The notes under the pieces are model-generated. The model searched no databases, was not told the DNA's origin, and was given only the letters and a program-made list of their open reading frames with translations. This document shows positions 30,541 through 44,780 of a stretch of 64,000 nt of DNA, piece after piece; within the stretch, counting starts at the first letter, position 1, and each line of letters opens with the position of its first letter. A program made the position numbers and the translations under genes. Source of the stretch: Chrysomallon squamiferum (lineage: Eukaryota; Animalia; Mollusca); NCBI GenBank assembly GCA_012295275.1, contig CM022678.1:4340001-4404000 (forward strand), in the 5' to 3' direction.

Positions 30541-31132
30541 CTGGCAAACATTCCAGCAAATTTATCACAAACAGAAACGTAAATAATGATGTGCATGATA
30601 AGAGGCAACCTGCTCGACTTTCGACGACTTGAAAGGGAACTAACTGCCTCTGGAGAGAGAAAAAAAGCAAGGCTCATCACTTAATAATTTGTCTGGGGTT
30701 ATTTTAAGAGGCTATTAAAAACATAAAAATAATCAACACGTTTTGAGGAATGATGTGATGTCTTTGAAGAATCTTCTCGCATCGTACGTAAAGTAAATTT
30801 TTTCAAAAAAAAAGAAAAAAGAAAAAAAAGAAAGAAGTTAATTGTAATAATTGGGTAATTAATAATGTTTTGAAGAAACCGTGTTGTGTTGTTGTTGTTG
30901 GTTTTTTTTTTTAGTGTTTATAAGACAGATACTTTACAAACTTAAATGTTTTTTTGGCTTTTTTTTTTTTTTGGTGGGGTATGTTCATTGACTGCTGGAA
31001 TGGCTTAGAAAATACATTAATTTGTGACATGGTTTTAGAATATCAGAATATCTATCCATCCATCCATCCATCTGTCTTTCTATCTATATATCTACATGTG
31101 TGCGTATGAGTGTGTAAGCTACAACGTGTATT

Positions 31133-31196
<64 letters not shown>

Positions 31197-31753
31197 GAGA
31201 GAGAGAGAGAGAGAGAGCTAACGTATCCAGGGCATGCACAAAATACGAAAACGCAAACATCTAAATTTATACGTTTAACTGGAGAAAGCTGAAACAGATT
31301 CCATCGAAACAAAAAGATAAAAAAAAAAACAAAAAAAAAAACCCCACCTAATTATACATCAGTTCCAGACATTTCGTAAGGTTTCTTCGAAATAAAAGGT
31401 CAGCTGTTCACTTAGTAAGTTAATTGTACATTTAGTGGCTATTTTAGCTTTGTTTTACCAACAAAACACTCGACCGAATAATCTAATGTTAAATAATAAT
31501 AATAACAATAATAATAATAATAATAATAATAAAAAGAAGAAGAAGTAGAAGAAAAAGAAGAACAACAACAACAACGACAACAACAACAACAAAGAAGTAT
31601 GTTGATTATTATTATGATGGTTATAATGATAACAGTATCAAGAAGATTGATGACAATGATAATAACAATAAGATGATGATGATGTTAAAGATGACAATAA
31701 CAATGATGATGGAACTAGCAGCTGTAATAAGTGTAACTGTAGTGACGCTAGCA

Positions 31754-31861
<108 letters not shown>

Positions 31862-32331
31862 CTCTCTCTCTATCTCTCTCTATCTGTCTATCTATCTATC
31901 TATCTCTCTCTCACACTATCTACCTATCTTTCTATCTATCTACACACACACACACAACCAGAAACGACTCTGTGTTTGTTGACAGTTAATTTTTTTTTTT
32001 TTTCCTGTGCCTGAAGAAAAACGAAATTTTCTGAAATAATGATAATCTTCACGTGTCAGTTTGGAACAGCAGTAATGAGTGACTGTCGGCTTTGATCAGA
32101 AACACGGATCGACACGATTCCGTCTGCAGCTGTCTGTGCAGTTTCAAAAGCTCGTTGTCGATGTTGTGAAGGCGTAGAGAGAAACCAGTCGTAATCGTTT
32201 GATAACCAAATAAAGAATAAAAAAAAATAAAAAAAAATAAAAAAGAATAAAAAAGAATTTAAAAAAAAAAAAAAAAAAAAACGAAAAGAGAAAGAAAATG
32301 ACAGCTAAATTAGGTGTGGGTTACAACAACG

Positions 32332-32388
<57 letters not shown>

Positions 32389-32498
32389 GGAAATAAGAAC
32401 ATGAAAAGTCATTACTTTTAATGATTTTTTTTTTCAATTCTTGGTCTAAAAATATTTGATTATGTTGTAATTGCAAAACAAAATGCTTCTTCGTCCTG

Positions 32499-32589
<91 letters not shown>

Positions 32590-33025
32590 AAAGACGCCCA
32601 CTAAATGTACCTTCCCACTAAAAACATGAAACACATTTCAGTGTTGCTGTTTTATGATCAGCTTCGTTTGCTCGTAGAAGATTAAAATATGTAATCATGT
32701 GGCAGTTTGATGAGAAAAAGAGAGATATAATTTATTAAAGATTATGTTTACTGTCTAGAAATAGAAGTTTGAAAGCACATGTGTTTTGTGAAATTGTTCA
32801 AAAAAAATGATCAAAAGAAATGAAACTAAACGACGTACAAAATGAAAAGGTCTTTTTGCCTTAGGCTTTAATCTGAAGCTAAAAAAAAAAAAAATGAAAA
32901 AATAGTAATAATAAATTGTAATAACGAAAGACAGAAAGAAAAAATAAGAGAAAAGTGGAAGGAAAATAAGTTTAAACTGGATCTGTAGAGTAAAAGGAAA
33001 GAAAAAAGAAAGAAAGAAAAATAAA

Positions 33026-33027
<2 letters not shown>

Positions 33028-33102
<75 letters not shown>

Positions 33103-33104
33103 TG

Positions 33105-33152
<48 letters not shown>

Positions 33153-33178
33153 TAATAATAATAATAATATTGATAATG

Positions 33179-33225
<47 letters not shown>
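33028..33225. repeat. Long (AAT)n microsatellite
   Basis: Direct reading. Confidence 0.95.
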
Positions 33226-33228
<3 letters not shown>

Positions 33229-34044
33229 AGGCAATAACGATGAGAATAAAATAAAAAAAAAATTAAAATTAAAAAAATAAAACCCAGAGATTGAAAGAAA
33301 AACCAAACACTATAAAAAAAAAAAAAAAAAAAAAAAAAATAAAAATAAAAATAAAAATAAATAAATAAATTTGAAAAGTTCCACGCAATTTAATACGACA
33401 GAGGAAAACCGAACTACGTACCACACCCTTTTAACGCAAAAAAAAAAAAAATAAAAATAAAAAATAACAATAATAATAATAAACGAAAAATAAATAAATA
33501 AATAAATAAACAGAAAATAATTTCAAAAACGTGTTTCCTTCGCAAAACCTTTTGAAACGAGTCTAGCCGAAGCATTTAACTAATTGCAAAACAACATATT
33601 AAGTTATCCAACACGCTGGGAACTTGAGTGACACCCAGACAACTGCAGTTTCGTTAATTGGTTCAAATACGTGACGTAAAAACGCTTTCTGAACTGAAAT
33701 GAACTTCACTTACGTTCAGCCTAACGTCTACAAAGATATTTACACAGAACGGTTAATACAGTTATGAACAGTGTGGTGGATTTGCAATAATGCGAGCAAG
33801 TGATGAAAAATAAATACAATATTAGCCAGAGGATTTGTAAAAAGAAAAAAAACAAAAAGATTATTGAATTATAAAACAGTTTTCTAAGTACACCACGTGC
33901 AAACATTGTTGTTTTTTTTTCTTGTTGTTTTTTTTGTTTGTTTGTTTTTTAGTTGGGAGAGTTCCGTTACAGAATATGCTTCATAATCTGTTTATTTTTT
34001 CTAACGTTTATTTTATTCGTTTTTTTTATTACAATTATTACTGT

Positions 34045-34116
<72 letters not shown>

Positions 34117-34167
34117 TTATTACTTTTATTATTATTATTGTTATTGTTTTTTATTATTATTATTATT

Positions 34168-34200
<33 letters not shown>

Positions 34201-34774
34201 GCTGCTGCTGCTGCTGTTTTTTGTTATTAAAACTAAATGATGTCAAGAGTGTCATAGATATCATTAAATATCAAATAAATGTTATGACATTTTAGGAAGA
34301 AGTATTTTTACTTCAACTGAGAAAAAAAAAATTCATTGCATACGATAATAGATAAACTGACATTAGGAAGACTGCACAAGAAAAAAAAAAGACATAATTT
34401 TCGATAACCTATTATTACTAATTATTTTTTTATAATTCAGGGACAGATCTGTCTACATTTCAAAGGGTTTGTTAGTCCATGGTGTAATTCTGACATTAAT
34501 AGTAGTAGCAGTGGTAGTAGTTGTAATAGTAGTAGTAGTAGTAGTAGTAGTAGTAATAGTAGTAGTAGTAGTAATATAGTAATAGTAGTAATATAGTAGT
34601 AGTAAGTAGTAGTAGTAGTAGTAGTAGTAGCAGTAGTAGTAACTGTATCAACTGTAATACTATTGGCTCCAAAATTATTTATTTATTTATTCATTTATTA
34701 TATCTTCATCATCATCAACATCAACATCATCATTTCTGTAGTTGTTCGTGCTGTTCTTGTTGTTGTTGTTTTTG

Positions 34775-34856
<82 letters not shown>

Positions 34857-35378
34857 TTAGTTTGCATAATTATTTTTAGACAGGATTATCTTCATTGTTT
34901 TAACTGTTATATTGGACTTTCTTTGTCAAAAATTCCTGTCTTTTTTATCTTCGATATTATAATTTTATATAATTTAATTTTCTAATCCGACTCATACAGC
35001 AATGCGGAAAAAAAAATAAACGCATCCGCGAAAAATATTTTCTGTTTTCGAATTCTACGTTGGTTTTGATTGTGAATTTTTAAAGACTGTAAAACTTTGT
35101 TTAATGCTGTGGTGGTTTTGGACGTTTGTTTGTGGTTGATAGCGGTATGTAGTTACTGCCAAAGTGAAAGAGACAAATCGCCAGTCTAATGAATTATTGA
35201 ATTATTTATGACGTGAACTTTTTCTTCGTCGTAGTCATCATCATCTTGTTGCTGTTATTTGTTGTGTATTCATCGCCTTTTCATTATTGTTGTTGTCGTG
35301 GCTGTTGTTTTTCACGCTGTATTTAAAGAAGTTATGTACATAAGTTATGTATATTTATCTCCTAAAGAAAAGGCATAG

Positions 35379-35426
<48 letters not shown>

Positions 35427-35509
35427 TGAAAAGGATGTTTTACCTAATTCTTTCTTTCAATCCTTTTATTTATTTATTCATTATCTTCTACTCTCTCTCT
35501 CATTCTCTC

Positions 35510-35598
<89 letters not shown>

Positions 35599-36965
35599 CT
35601 ATCTCTATCTAACTCTGATCGTTATTATTCTTCTAGGAATTTTGTCACAAATTATTATTAATAATAAATGACACTAAAAGTTCCTTTAACATTTCAACAA
35701 ATGTTAATATTTTGACATTTTCAGAAGGAATCAATTTATCTCCTTTGTGAATTAATTTTTGAATTACTAATGATATAGATAATTTGATTTTAAAAAGACC
35801 AGTGGGAGAAAATAATAAAAATAATAATGAAAAAAGAAAATCTAATGTTTTCGGCATTTATAAATCTAACATTCGACAGTATGACAGATCCAGATTAGAT
35901 TTAAAAAGGAAGGCATGTCAGTACACGAAAAATGTCTTCAAAGGCCCACTGTACTATACAAAATGAGCATTTTATTTATTTATTTTTTTTTTTATTTATG
36001 TATTTTATTTTATTATTATCTCGTTTTTTAATGTTAAAATTAACAAAGTGATGGATAATCTAAAGTTACAAAAGTATTATTGTTATCGTAATTATTATTA
36101 TTATTATTATTAGTAGTAGTAGTAGTAGTTTTAGTAGTAGTAGTAATAGTAGTAGTAGTAGTAGTTTTAGTAGTAGGAGTAATAGTAGTAGTGTTGTTAT
36201 TATTATAATACCTACAATTGTCATCAATGTAAAGACCGTAACTACTTCTGTTTGCTATTACTACTACCTCAGCTAATACTTTATCAACAACAACTACCAC
36301 AACTACTACTATCACTACTACTATAACTAGTATCACCACTACTATTCCTACTTCTACTACAACTGTTACTATCGCTGTTACTACTAGTACCACTGCTACT
36401 ACCACTACTATTTCTACTATTACTACTACTACTACCACCACAACCACGACAGTCACTTCTGGGCAGGTTTTTCTGCTTCTTCATCATTCGCACACGCAGA
36501 TTAAGAAACAAGGAATTTGCAAAAGTACGGCAGTACACTATCTCTAGAATTACAAAAATATAACAAACAAATGTTTCGATTATCACTAACTCTGCCAATT
36601 AACGACGGTTTACTATATAATTACGTACAATGCCTCATTGCAGGCATTCGTTCGTCATCACGTTTTGTTCCATTTCCTACGACCGAAAATAGCGGATTGC
36701 GTTAACAGAACATTGCTACACGTTTATCGAGCCGGTTAACTATTCATACGACTGTTTCTGAAACTGAAAACGTAGGAGTGAAAGAGATGTCGTTTTGTCT
36801 CAGCTTGATCTTTCTCGTTGTCCCTGATGACTCTAACGACCTGCGTGTCGGGATATTTTTATAACGCGTGCGGAAATTAACGTTTTGTTTTCGAGTGGGA
36901 ATGTTAATTGAATATTTCCGTGCAGTCGATTGTTGTCGTAAATATATATGTATGTTCATTTACCA

Positions 36966-37668
36966 GTAACGATCATACTACGTCAATGTCTTTAGTACGT
37001 ATACGATCGTATTACGTCAATTTCTTTATTACTCGTACGATCATATTACGTCAGTGTCTTTGTTACGCGTACGATCATATTACGTCAGTGTATTTGTTAC
37101 GCGTACGATCATATTACGTCAGTGTCTTTGTTACGCGTACGATCATATTACGTCAGTGTCTCTGTTACGCGTACGATCATATTACGTCAGTGTCTTTGTT
37201 ACGCTATACGATCAAATAATATGTCTTTGAAGTACGATGTTATTACGATTTGTGTATTTGTTACGCGTAGGATAGGTTTCAGGATCAAATCTGTTACGCG
37301 CAGGATCCTATCCAGTGTCTGTTTATTATCATATTACGTCAGTTCTTTGTTATTACGATCATATTATTCAGTGTCTTTATTACGCGTACGATCATATTAC
37401 GTCAGTGTCTTTGTTACGCGTACGAGTATTACGTCAGTAGTCTGGGACATGTTGCGATAACGACTTCCAATTACGTGTGTGTATGTTCTGGATAGGAAAC
37501 GATCATTTATAAGATATTTGTTACGCGTACGATCATATTGCGTCAGTGTCTCTGTTACGCGTACGATCATATTACGTCAGTGTCTTTGTTACCAACACGT
37601 ACGATCATATTACGTCACATCTCTTCACCAACACATACGATCATATTACGTCAGTGTATTTGTTACGC
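36966..37668. repeat. 34-bp CpG-rich minisatellite (TACGATCATATTACGTCAGTGTCTTTGTTACGCG)n in three blocks with degenerate spacers
   Basis: Unit starts at 37070, 37104, 37138 and onward; roughly 15 recognisable copies. Confidence 0.93.
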
Positions 37669-37798
37669 ATTCTCATAAAGAAAAACATAGTATAAATAAA
37701 CATGAAGTCGCTATATATATAGAGACTTACGACGAGGATAGGTTACAGGATCAAATCTGATGCACACACATACATACATATAATACATATATACATAC

Positions 37799-37829
<31 letters not shown>

Positions 37830-38409
37830 CATACACATTTAGCTCATACACAAACACACATATACCAATTATCTGTCGAATACAGCGTATATAAAACCGA
37901 TTTCATGAATATAATAATTTTAATACACATACATTTTCTTAATTATTATTAATATATTTATTTATTTATTTATTTATTTATAATCCTCTCTAAAAGCCTA
38001 AATATACAGATGCCTGATCAAACATTCAATTTTGTTAAATAACCAACAAGTTTGTTTTTTTTTTTTTTTTTTTTTATTTTTTTTATTATCGTCATCTTGA
38101 ATAATTTCATAACAGTAACAACCTTTACAACTGCTGCTTGCCAGAAATAACCTGGGAAAGTCGTTAGCCAATTAGCTGTGAGCTAAATTAGGAAGGAGAA
38201 TTCCGAGGAGAATTCTCCTCTCGATAACAATGAGCAATCAAAGACAGAAACACGTCGAACGTGTTCAGGGAAATCAGACAACGTCGCCGTCGAGTTTCGT
38301 TCAAAAGAGAAATAATTAGAGTAATTGGAAGATAACGATTTTTGTCAACAGATCTAATTCATCTTAGAGCGGTCTTTCAGATGGATAACTCGCCATAAAT
38401 CTTAATTCC

Positions 38410-38448
<39 letters not shown>

Positions 38449-38709
38449 TTTCGTTTTTTTTTTTGTTTTTTCGTTGTTTTTTTGTTTCGTTTTTTTTATT
38501 TCTCCTTCTGAAAGCTTTTAAGTATGGAATGATTTCTTTCTTTTTTTATTTTATATATATATGTTTTTTATTTATTTATTTATTTATTTATTATTTATTT
38601 ATTTATTATTATTATTGTTTGTTTCGTGTTGTTGTTTTTCTCTCTCTCCCTCTTTATCATTCTTTTCTCACTCTCTCTCTCTTTGTTTTTTTTTCTTCTT
38701 TTTTTTTTT

Positions 38710-38775
<66 letters not shown>

Positions 38776-39092
38776 GCTATCTCCCGATTGAGATAAAAAG
38801 ATTAAAGAGAACTGATTTATAATTAGATATCTTCAATTAGAAGAGTATTAAAATAAAGTGCTCTGTAATTTCAAAGGGAGATTAATCGGTTCAAAGGGAG
38901 ATTAACCAGTATAGAAAATAATCAGAGATCTAATTTAAAGGTTTTTGTTCTGTGTTTTGTCACAGTCCTTTTTAAAATGCCGTTGTACTTTTAGAGATCT
39001 ATAATTTGTTCATCGCCATCGTTGTGAATTTTGTCTTTATTTGTTGATGCTAAGAAACACGTTATAAACATAATAATAATAATAAAAATAAA

Positions 39093-39138
<46 letters not shown>

Positions 39139-39247
39139 GTAGCAATAGCAGTAGTAGTAGTAGTAGTAGTAACAGTAACAGCAGCAGTAGCAGCAACAAT
39201 AACAACAGTAATAATAACAACTATAATAGAAATAATAATAATAGTAA

Positions 39248-39285
<38 letters not shown>

Positions 39286-40014
39286 ACAGCAGCAGCAACG
39301 ATAATAACAACAACAATACTAACAACAACTATAACAGAATTAATAATAATAATAATAATTATTATTATTATTATTATATAATGATGATACTACTACTACT
39401 ATTACTACTACCAATAATAATAATAATTATCAGCAGTATTATTTATTTATTTATTTTATTTTATTTGGTTCTTTTCCACTTCAAGACGATTTACTTTTCA
39501 AATGACAGATTTTACCTTCGTGTTTCTCTTGAAGGGAAATATCGCTTATACAATCGATTTCAAATCAAGCATGTTTTTTTCGGTCAGTGCTCCTGGTTTC
39601 CAAAGTCAAGGTTAGCTCAAGATAAAATTGAGGGCGTTCACTGATCACGTGCATCAAACTGCATGCGAGGTTACAGATATATGTTACAGGAAGTTGCAAT
39701 ATTAATTAAATGAATCTACGGAAGCCCGTTATAGACTTGTAATGATTTTTTTTCTTTCATTTTATTTTCTTCTTTTTTCTTTTCTTTTTCTTTTCTTTGT
39801 CTTTTTATTTTGTTTTCACTGTATTTTTTGTTTCTGTTGACATATTTCTTCTTTTCATCCTTATTATTATTATTATTATTATTTTTATTTTTATTATTAT
39901 TTATCTATTCATTCATTCATTTATTTATGTACGTATCTATGTATTTCCTTTTAAGATTTAAATCATTTTCTGTTGAATTTCATTTCCTTATTTTACTTTT
40001 TTTTTTTTTTTTGA

Positions 40015-40261
<247 letters not shown>

Positions 40262-40808
40262 TAATATTCGGTTAGTATCATGAAATCTTCCCGCAGACAG
40301 CGTGACATATATCGTAATCTTTGCTAAATCGAGTACCACCTGGAACGGGATATATACCCTTTGACAGCATTATGGGAGATTGATCTGAGATTAGTTACTT
40401 TCCAAGCCACCGATCCGCTACAAAGATACACTGATTTAAATAATGAGGATACGACAACATTTCAGTCGTCTCTAAAGGCAAAGATATTCTTTGTTTGTTT
40501 TTTACCAAATGCATGTTCATATTTTTTATCATTTTGGGTAAACTTAAGACATATGTGGATGTTACTGTGACTCACTGCGATGAATCAGGAATATATACAA
40601 TTTGCAGAGCAAACTGCTTTGTCTCACGCATGCACGGACTGCTTCAAATTATAGATTTTCACTTTTTAATAATAGCCGAGATTATGAGTAGTCTTTAAGT
40701 GTCAGATTGTTGATTGGCGTAAGACAATATTAAAAATCATTAGGAAGGTTTCGTCAGCTGCTTGTTTGGACTAGCTTTTTAAAAAAACAAATGTTGTTGA
40801 CACAGAGG

Positions 40809-40880
<72 letters not shown>

Positions 40881-43435
40881 CAAACTGAGAGAGAGAGACA
40901 CAGAGACACACAGAGACAGACACACAGGATCACACAGACTGACACAAAGACACAGACACGCACAGACACACATGTACAAACACACTGAAAGAGAGACACT
41001 ATGAGACTTCAGCTCCATCGAGAACGCACACTGATAACTGAAAAGCTGATTAAGAGGACTGCCACATTAACACGTCAGTCGGCCAGCCATGTTTCCAGGA
41101 CGTAAGTCATTCATCTCAAACATTCACATTAAATATCATACAACACACGACACTCATCAGTATAATAAAAACTAACAGACGTGGCCTAATGATAACAAAA
41201 CCACTGACAGACATTGTCGTAAAGCCCTGAAACAACGGAACAAACGGATTTAACTAATTGTTGGAGCAGAAGAAGAAGAAGAAGAAGAAGAAGAAGAAGA
41301 AGAAGAAGAAGCAAATTATTTTGGACACGTCCTCGTTCTAATCCCGAACCAAACTCTGGCTCTGTTCCAGATGAAGACAATTCTTTTCGACACGTCTTTT
41401 GTTCCTAGACAACGACTTAATCCACTGCAGTGTTGTGTGCACACAACTCCATCGGTCAAACCAGAAGGCTTTTTCTTTTTTCTTGATTTGCCCAAGTCTT
41501 TCCGCAAATCTGCCAGACTGCATGCATCCACACGTCATTAAGGTAAAAGATCGGTCAGAGAAAATTGGCTGGAACTAACGATAAACACACGAGCTGTATT
41601 TTCGCAAGCTTGGCCTTGTCACGTGCGGTCATCTCAACGGAAATCGTGTCCACTCACAAGTCTAATCACGTTCGTTACGATCGACGAAATGACTGACCGC
41701 TGGACGAAGCAGCCTGTCTGTTCTTTTGCCAGATGTCCAGAATCTAAATGTCAGTGTGACGGTGTAAACTGTCATCAAAACTTGATGACAAAAGTGTTAA
41801 GAGTCTACGTCAATGAGAAGCACAGCTTTTAAGCAGCAAGTGTGGATTTCTGTTGTCGTATGTTATATAGATCAGGCATCGGTCCCAAAGGTTAAATATT
41901 TTTATTTACAAGATGACGTGTGTAAGTTGTCTAATTGAAGTAAATACAAGGGGAAAAAAAGAGATACGAGTTAGAAAAACCAACAAGAGAAGATCAAATA
42001 CGTTAATGTGGAATCAAAGAAAAGGAAATTAATAATATGAATTTAGATCTTGTTTGTAAGCGTAGATTTCTTTTATAGAGAGCCTTATTTCAAACAAAGG
42101 AGAAGATAATAGATATGTAACTTAATGAAAGAAAATAAATAAAATTTTAAATTTTATAAATAAATAATAAACAAACGAATAATTAATTAAATGAACAGAA
42201 ATAAATCAAATCAAATCAGTAAGTTAAAAATAGAAAGAAAGGGAAAGAAAGAAAGAAAGAAAGAAAGAAAATCAGTGTTATTATCAAAACTCTAAACCCT
42301 ATAAATACTCCACAAAATCCTATTCTGTAATAACATCACTTCGTACGTAACAGCTCCAAAAATAGCATGACAGAAATTAATTCCGTACCAAACTTCAGAA
42401 CGCATTTTGACAATATTTGGGTTAAAAACCGATCGCTTTCGAATCAACTTACGAAACGATAGTTTCGACATTCTCAAGCGCCTCAAAGGTGTCTAAAAAT
42501 AGCCGCACACCAAGAACGATAATTCTAAATAATAACGTTCTGCCGGAAGAGAAAATTTTCAAGTGGCATGCTTGCATTTTGTTACGAGACGCTTGAAATG
42601 GATTTGTACATAATTTCAGACGAAGGTGTATAATTATTGTCATCCTCGAGTTTTTCAAGGGTCGTTGAAAATGTTGGAGGTGAGTAGCGAAAAAAAAAAA
42701 AGTAGATTTAATCTATTTTAGTTCGTTAGCTTTATATTCCGAGTCGCGTGCACTGCAGAATATTACTCAGCATGATGTGTGTGTCTGTGTGTATATGTAC
42801 GTGTGTATGTGTGCCCCTATTCCAGTATTCGTGATATTGCTTTTGTCTGTGTGTGTGTCTGTGTGTGTATGTGTGTATATGTGTGTATATGTGTGTATAT
42901 GTGTGTATATGTGTGTATATGTGTGTGTATAATGTGTGTATGTGTGTATATGTGTGTATATGTGTGTACGTGTGTGTATATGTGTGTACGTGTGTGTGTC
43001 TGTGTGTGTGTCTGTGTCTTGTCACTGATATACGTATATAACTGTTGTTACTTTCATATTTTTTTTCTTCTTTCATTTTTTTACCTAAGGTTATATACAA
43101 CAACAACAACAACAAAAAAAAAAAAAAAAAAAAAAAACTCTCCAAAAAGTACAAAAATAACAGAACTAACACAACTCACGTACATAACATAAACTGACAG
43201 ACGAAATATATTTCTCTCTTTTCTCAGATGCGTGTTAAAGCCTTCCTGCTAATGGTGCCTTAAATCTCTCTGACAACTGACAGGTGCACTTCCAGCTTTT
43301 AACGCCAATAATTATGTTAATACGACTGTGTTAGAACACGTGGTGTGGATTAGACTCAGGATTAGAAAACATTGCGGTTATTTATAAAGTTACTCGCAAT
43401 CTGTTGTAATATTGTTGAAGAGGGGTTTCCGGAGT

Positions 43436-43512
<77 letters not shown>

Positions 43513-44267
43513 CTCTCTCTCTCAGTAATGACGATGATGATAATAATAAAACATTCTGAATTCTTCGATTTATTTAATATCTCGCAGTCTTTTTTTTGTT
43601 CCGTCTGTCCGACTGATATCCTATGTGTGTGTGTGTGTGTACACAATAATAGTAGTAGTCGTAGTAGTGGTAGTAGTAGTAGTGATGGTGGTAATAGAGT
43701 AGTTATTAATAATGATACATACGAGGACTGCCACTCTTAAATGCTTTATTGTCTTTCAAAATTTAATGAGCACTGCCTCAGTAATGATGTTTAAATTTAT
43801 TGGCCTTTGACTTTATTTGCGTGTGCGTGCGTGTGTGAGTGTGTGTTGTGCATTGGTGTGTATGTGTATTTAGTTTATTTTCACCACCATCATCCTCAAA
43901 GGTCATAAACCGAATCCACTATTTTCGTGCACTCTCTCTAAGTACCGTTATTTATTGTAGTGATGTAGTTAACTGTGTTTTATTTACCGCTATCACAGAA
44001 CACGTAAAAAACACTGACAGGTAAAAACATAATGAAAAAAAAACAACTATCTGTTAATAAACTGGTGCTGAAAACCTGTTTATTATTTCAGCTTGTACAT
44101 TTTTTCAAAAAAGAATCTCAAACTAAAAAAACAGAATAAAAAAGAAATATAACAATAATGGAAGGAAAGAGACAAAAAATGGAAGAAACGTTAAGGGACA
44201 AATTTATAAAAGAATGTATGGATAAATATTAAGTCAAATAATAATAATAGTAGCAGTAGTAGAAAAA

Positions 44268-44321
<54 letters not shown>

Positions 44322-44697
44322 AGCTAAAGAAAAAGAAGAAGAAAGAAAGAACGAAAAGAAAAAATCTAGCTATAAAATCAAAACCAAAGGAGTTTTCAAA
44401 ATGTATATCCACAATTACCGAGGTTGAACTTGACACAGAAAGACAGATGATCTGATACAAACGTGTAACCCGTGATTAGCAACAATTACCCTTCTCCCAA
44501 AGACTGTGGTTACTTTGCCAACATCCATCTGGAAAGAAACTGGCCATCGGTCAGTTGTCCGAAATACCTGTTAGTCTGAATCTGAGATGATTGTGGCTAA
44601 TTGAGAAGTAAGCCGAGGCTCAGACTACATGAGTGTTTGTGTATTTTTGAGGAAGGAGGGAGAGGGAGAGAGAGAGGGAGAGGGAGAGGGAGAGAGA

Positions 44698-44780
<83 letters not shown>

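Noticed and set aside
36966-37668. CRISPR-like array (34-bp repeats)
   Set aside because: Units are head-to-tail with no unique spacers, there are no cas genes, and the context is eukaryotic.
40361-40570. Complex-looking ORF (ALWEIDLRLVTFQATDPLQRY...)
   Set aside because: Weak splice signals, no recognisable homology and no partner exons.
41371-41540. Short ATG-initiated ORF after ttccag (MKTILFDTSFVPRQ...)
   Set aside because: About 55 aa with no recognisable motif; compatible with chance.
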